A DNA stretch of 64,000 bases from Vicugna vicugna (Eukaryota). Shown in pieces: positions 63,296 to 64,000 of the stretch. Under the pieces are notes generated by a model. The model was given only the letters and a program-made list of their open reading frames with translations. It ran no database searches and was not told the origin of the DNA. The first letter of the stretch is position 1, and each line of letters opens with the position of its first letter. The stretch covers positions 5,926,574 through 5,990,573 of the forward strand of contig MU063554.1 of assembly GCA_013265495.1 (NCBI GenBank), in the 5' to 3' direction. The position numbers and the translations under genes were made by a program.

Positions 63296-63571
63296 AAATC
63301 ACAAAGCCCTTCTGCCTGCCAGGGGGAGAAATCACCATCAAGTGGGTAGGGGTGGGGAGTCTGACATCTGAGTGGGCAGAGAGGGGGCCAAGGGAGAAGA
63401 ATGGTGCACAGAAGCCCTGAGAGCCGGTGGTGCTGCCTGCTTGGACAGTGGTTTGGGAGCTTATGATTAAGGGAGATTAGATGAGAAAGTCCCTGTGGTC
63501 TCAAACCCAGGGAGACAAAACATATTCCACCCCAGGCCCTGGTGGAGGTCTGCAGCAAGCCAGATGTCTCC

Positions 63572-63760
63572 TTATTTCCCAGAAGGATTCGCAATCTTTG
63601 CTAAGAAGAGCAGGTTATTCAACCTCTCGAGAATCAGCAGCAGAAAGCTTCTGTTCATCTTGACCCTTAACGGTGCCTCCATGGGCAGGGTCTGTGCTCC
63701 GGAGCCCGCTGCCCCCTCCGTGCCCTTCTCGTCCATCTTCAGGGTAGCCTGGTGCATCGC
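63572..63760 (-). CDS. SERPINA12: SERPINA12 (vaspin) last coding exon; rest of the gene lies beyond the window
   Basis: AMHQATLKMDEKGTEGAAGSGAQTLPMEAP...KIANPSGK* carries the vaspin RCL GAQTLPM/E. Acceptor tttcctgcAG. Syntenic position next to SERPINA9. Confidence 0.93.
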   Translation of the reverse strand, partial: AMHQATLKMDEKGTEGAAGSGAQTLPMEAPLRVKMNRSFLLLILERLNNLLFLAKIANPSGK

Positions 63761-64000
63761 CTGCAGGAAACGGGAGTGAAGTCAGCGCTTTCAAAGCCAC
63801 TCAGAGGCCCTGGATGACCGAAGGCTGGCAAAAGGCCCAGAGAGGGCGAGGCCTCAGTCAGAGTCCCCCAGCACAGCAGTAACTTGGCTGGTGCCAGCCT
63901 CCCGAGGGCTCCTGGCTTTTCTTCTGTCATCACTGAAGGATACTCAACAAGCAGATGCAGTTGAAGGAAAAATGATGCAGGGGGGACATCAGCTACGGGG

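Overview
Mammalian genomic DNA from the clade-A serpin cluster (orthologous to human 14q32). The host is most likely a camelid, judged from three tRNA-Ala-derived Vic-1-type SINEs. Four serpin genes lie head-to-tail on the minus strand. From left to right they are: SERPINA11 (complete CDS, 4 coding exons, 422 aa); SERPINA14/uterine milk protein (complete, 422 aa; a gene absent from human); SERPINA9/centerin (complete, 418 aa); and the last coding exon of SERPINA12/vaspin. The three complete genes have GT-AG introns, intron phases 1-2-0 and 148-bp fourth exons. All four genes have a downstream AATAAA. The remainder is intronic or intergenic and rich in L1, L2, MIR, MLT and MER fragments, with one 169-N assembly gap. 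There are five main observations. (1) The uterine serpin has a candidate promoter and first exon resembling the alpha1-antitrypsin hepatocyte promoter (FOXA-HNF1-TATA). (2) It carries a single, unexpanded [13 protein letters not shown] unit built on a 12-bp direct repeat. (3) There is a compact FOXA/NR/STAT candidate promoter for SERPINA11. (4) SERPINA11 has a divergent reactive centre (P1 Gln). (5) SERPINA9 is unusually cysteine-rich. No wholly new gene system is supported. Orthology, repeat-family names and cross-species comparisons come from recognition and memory, not database searches.
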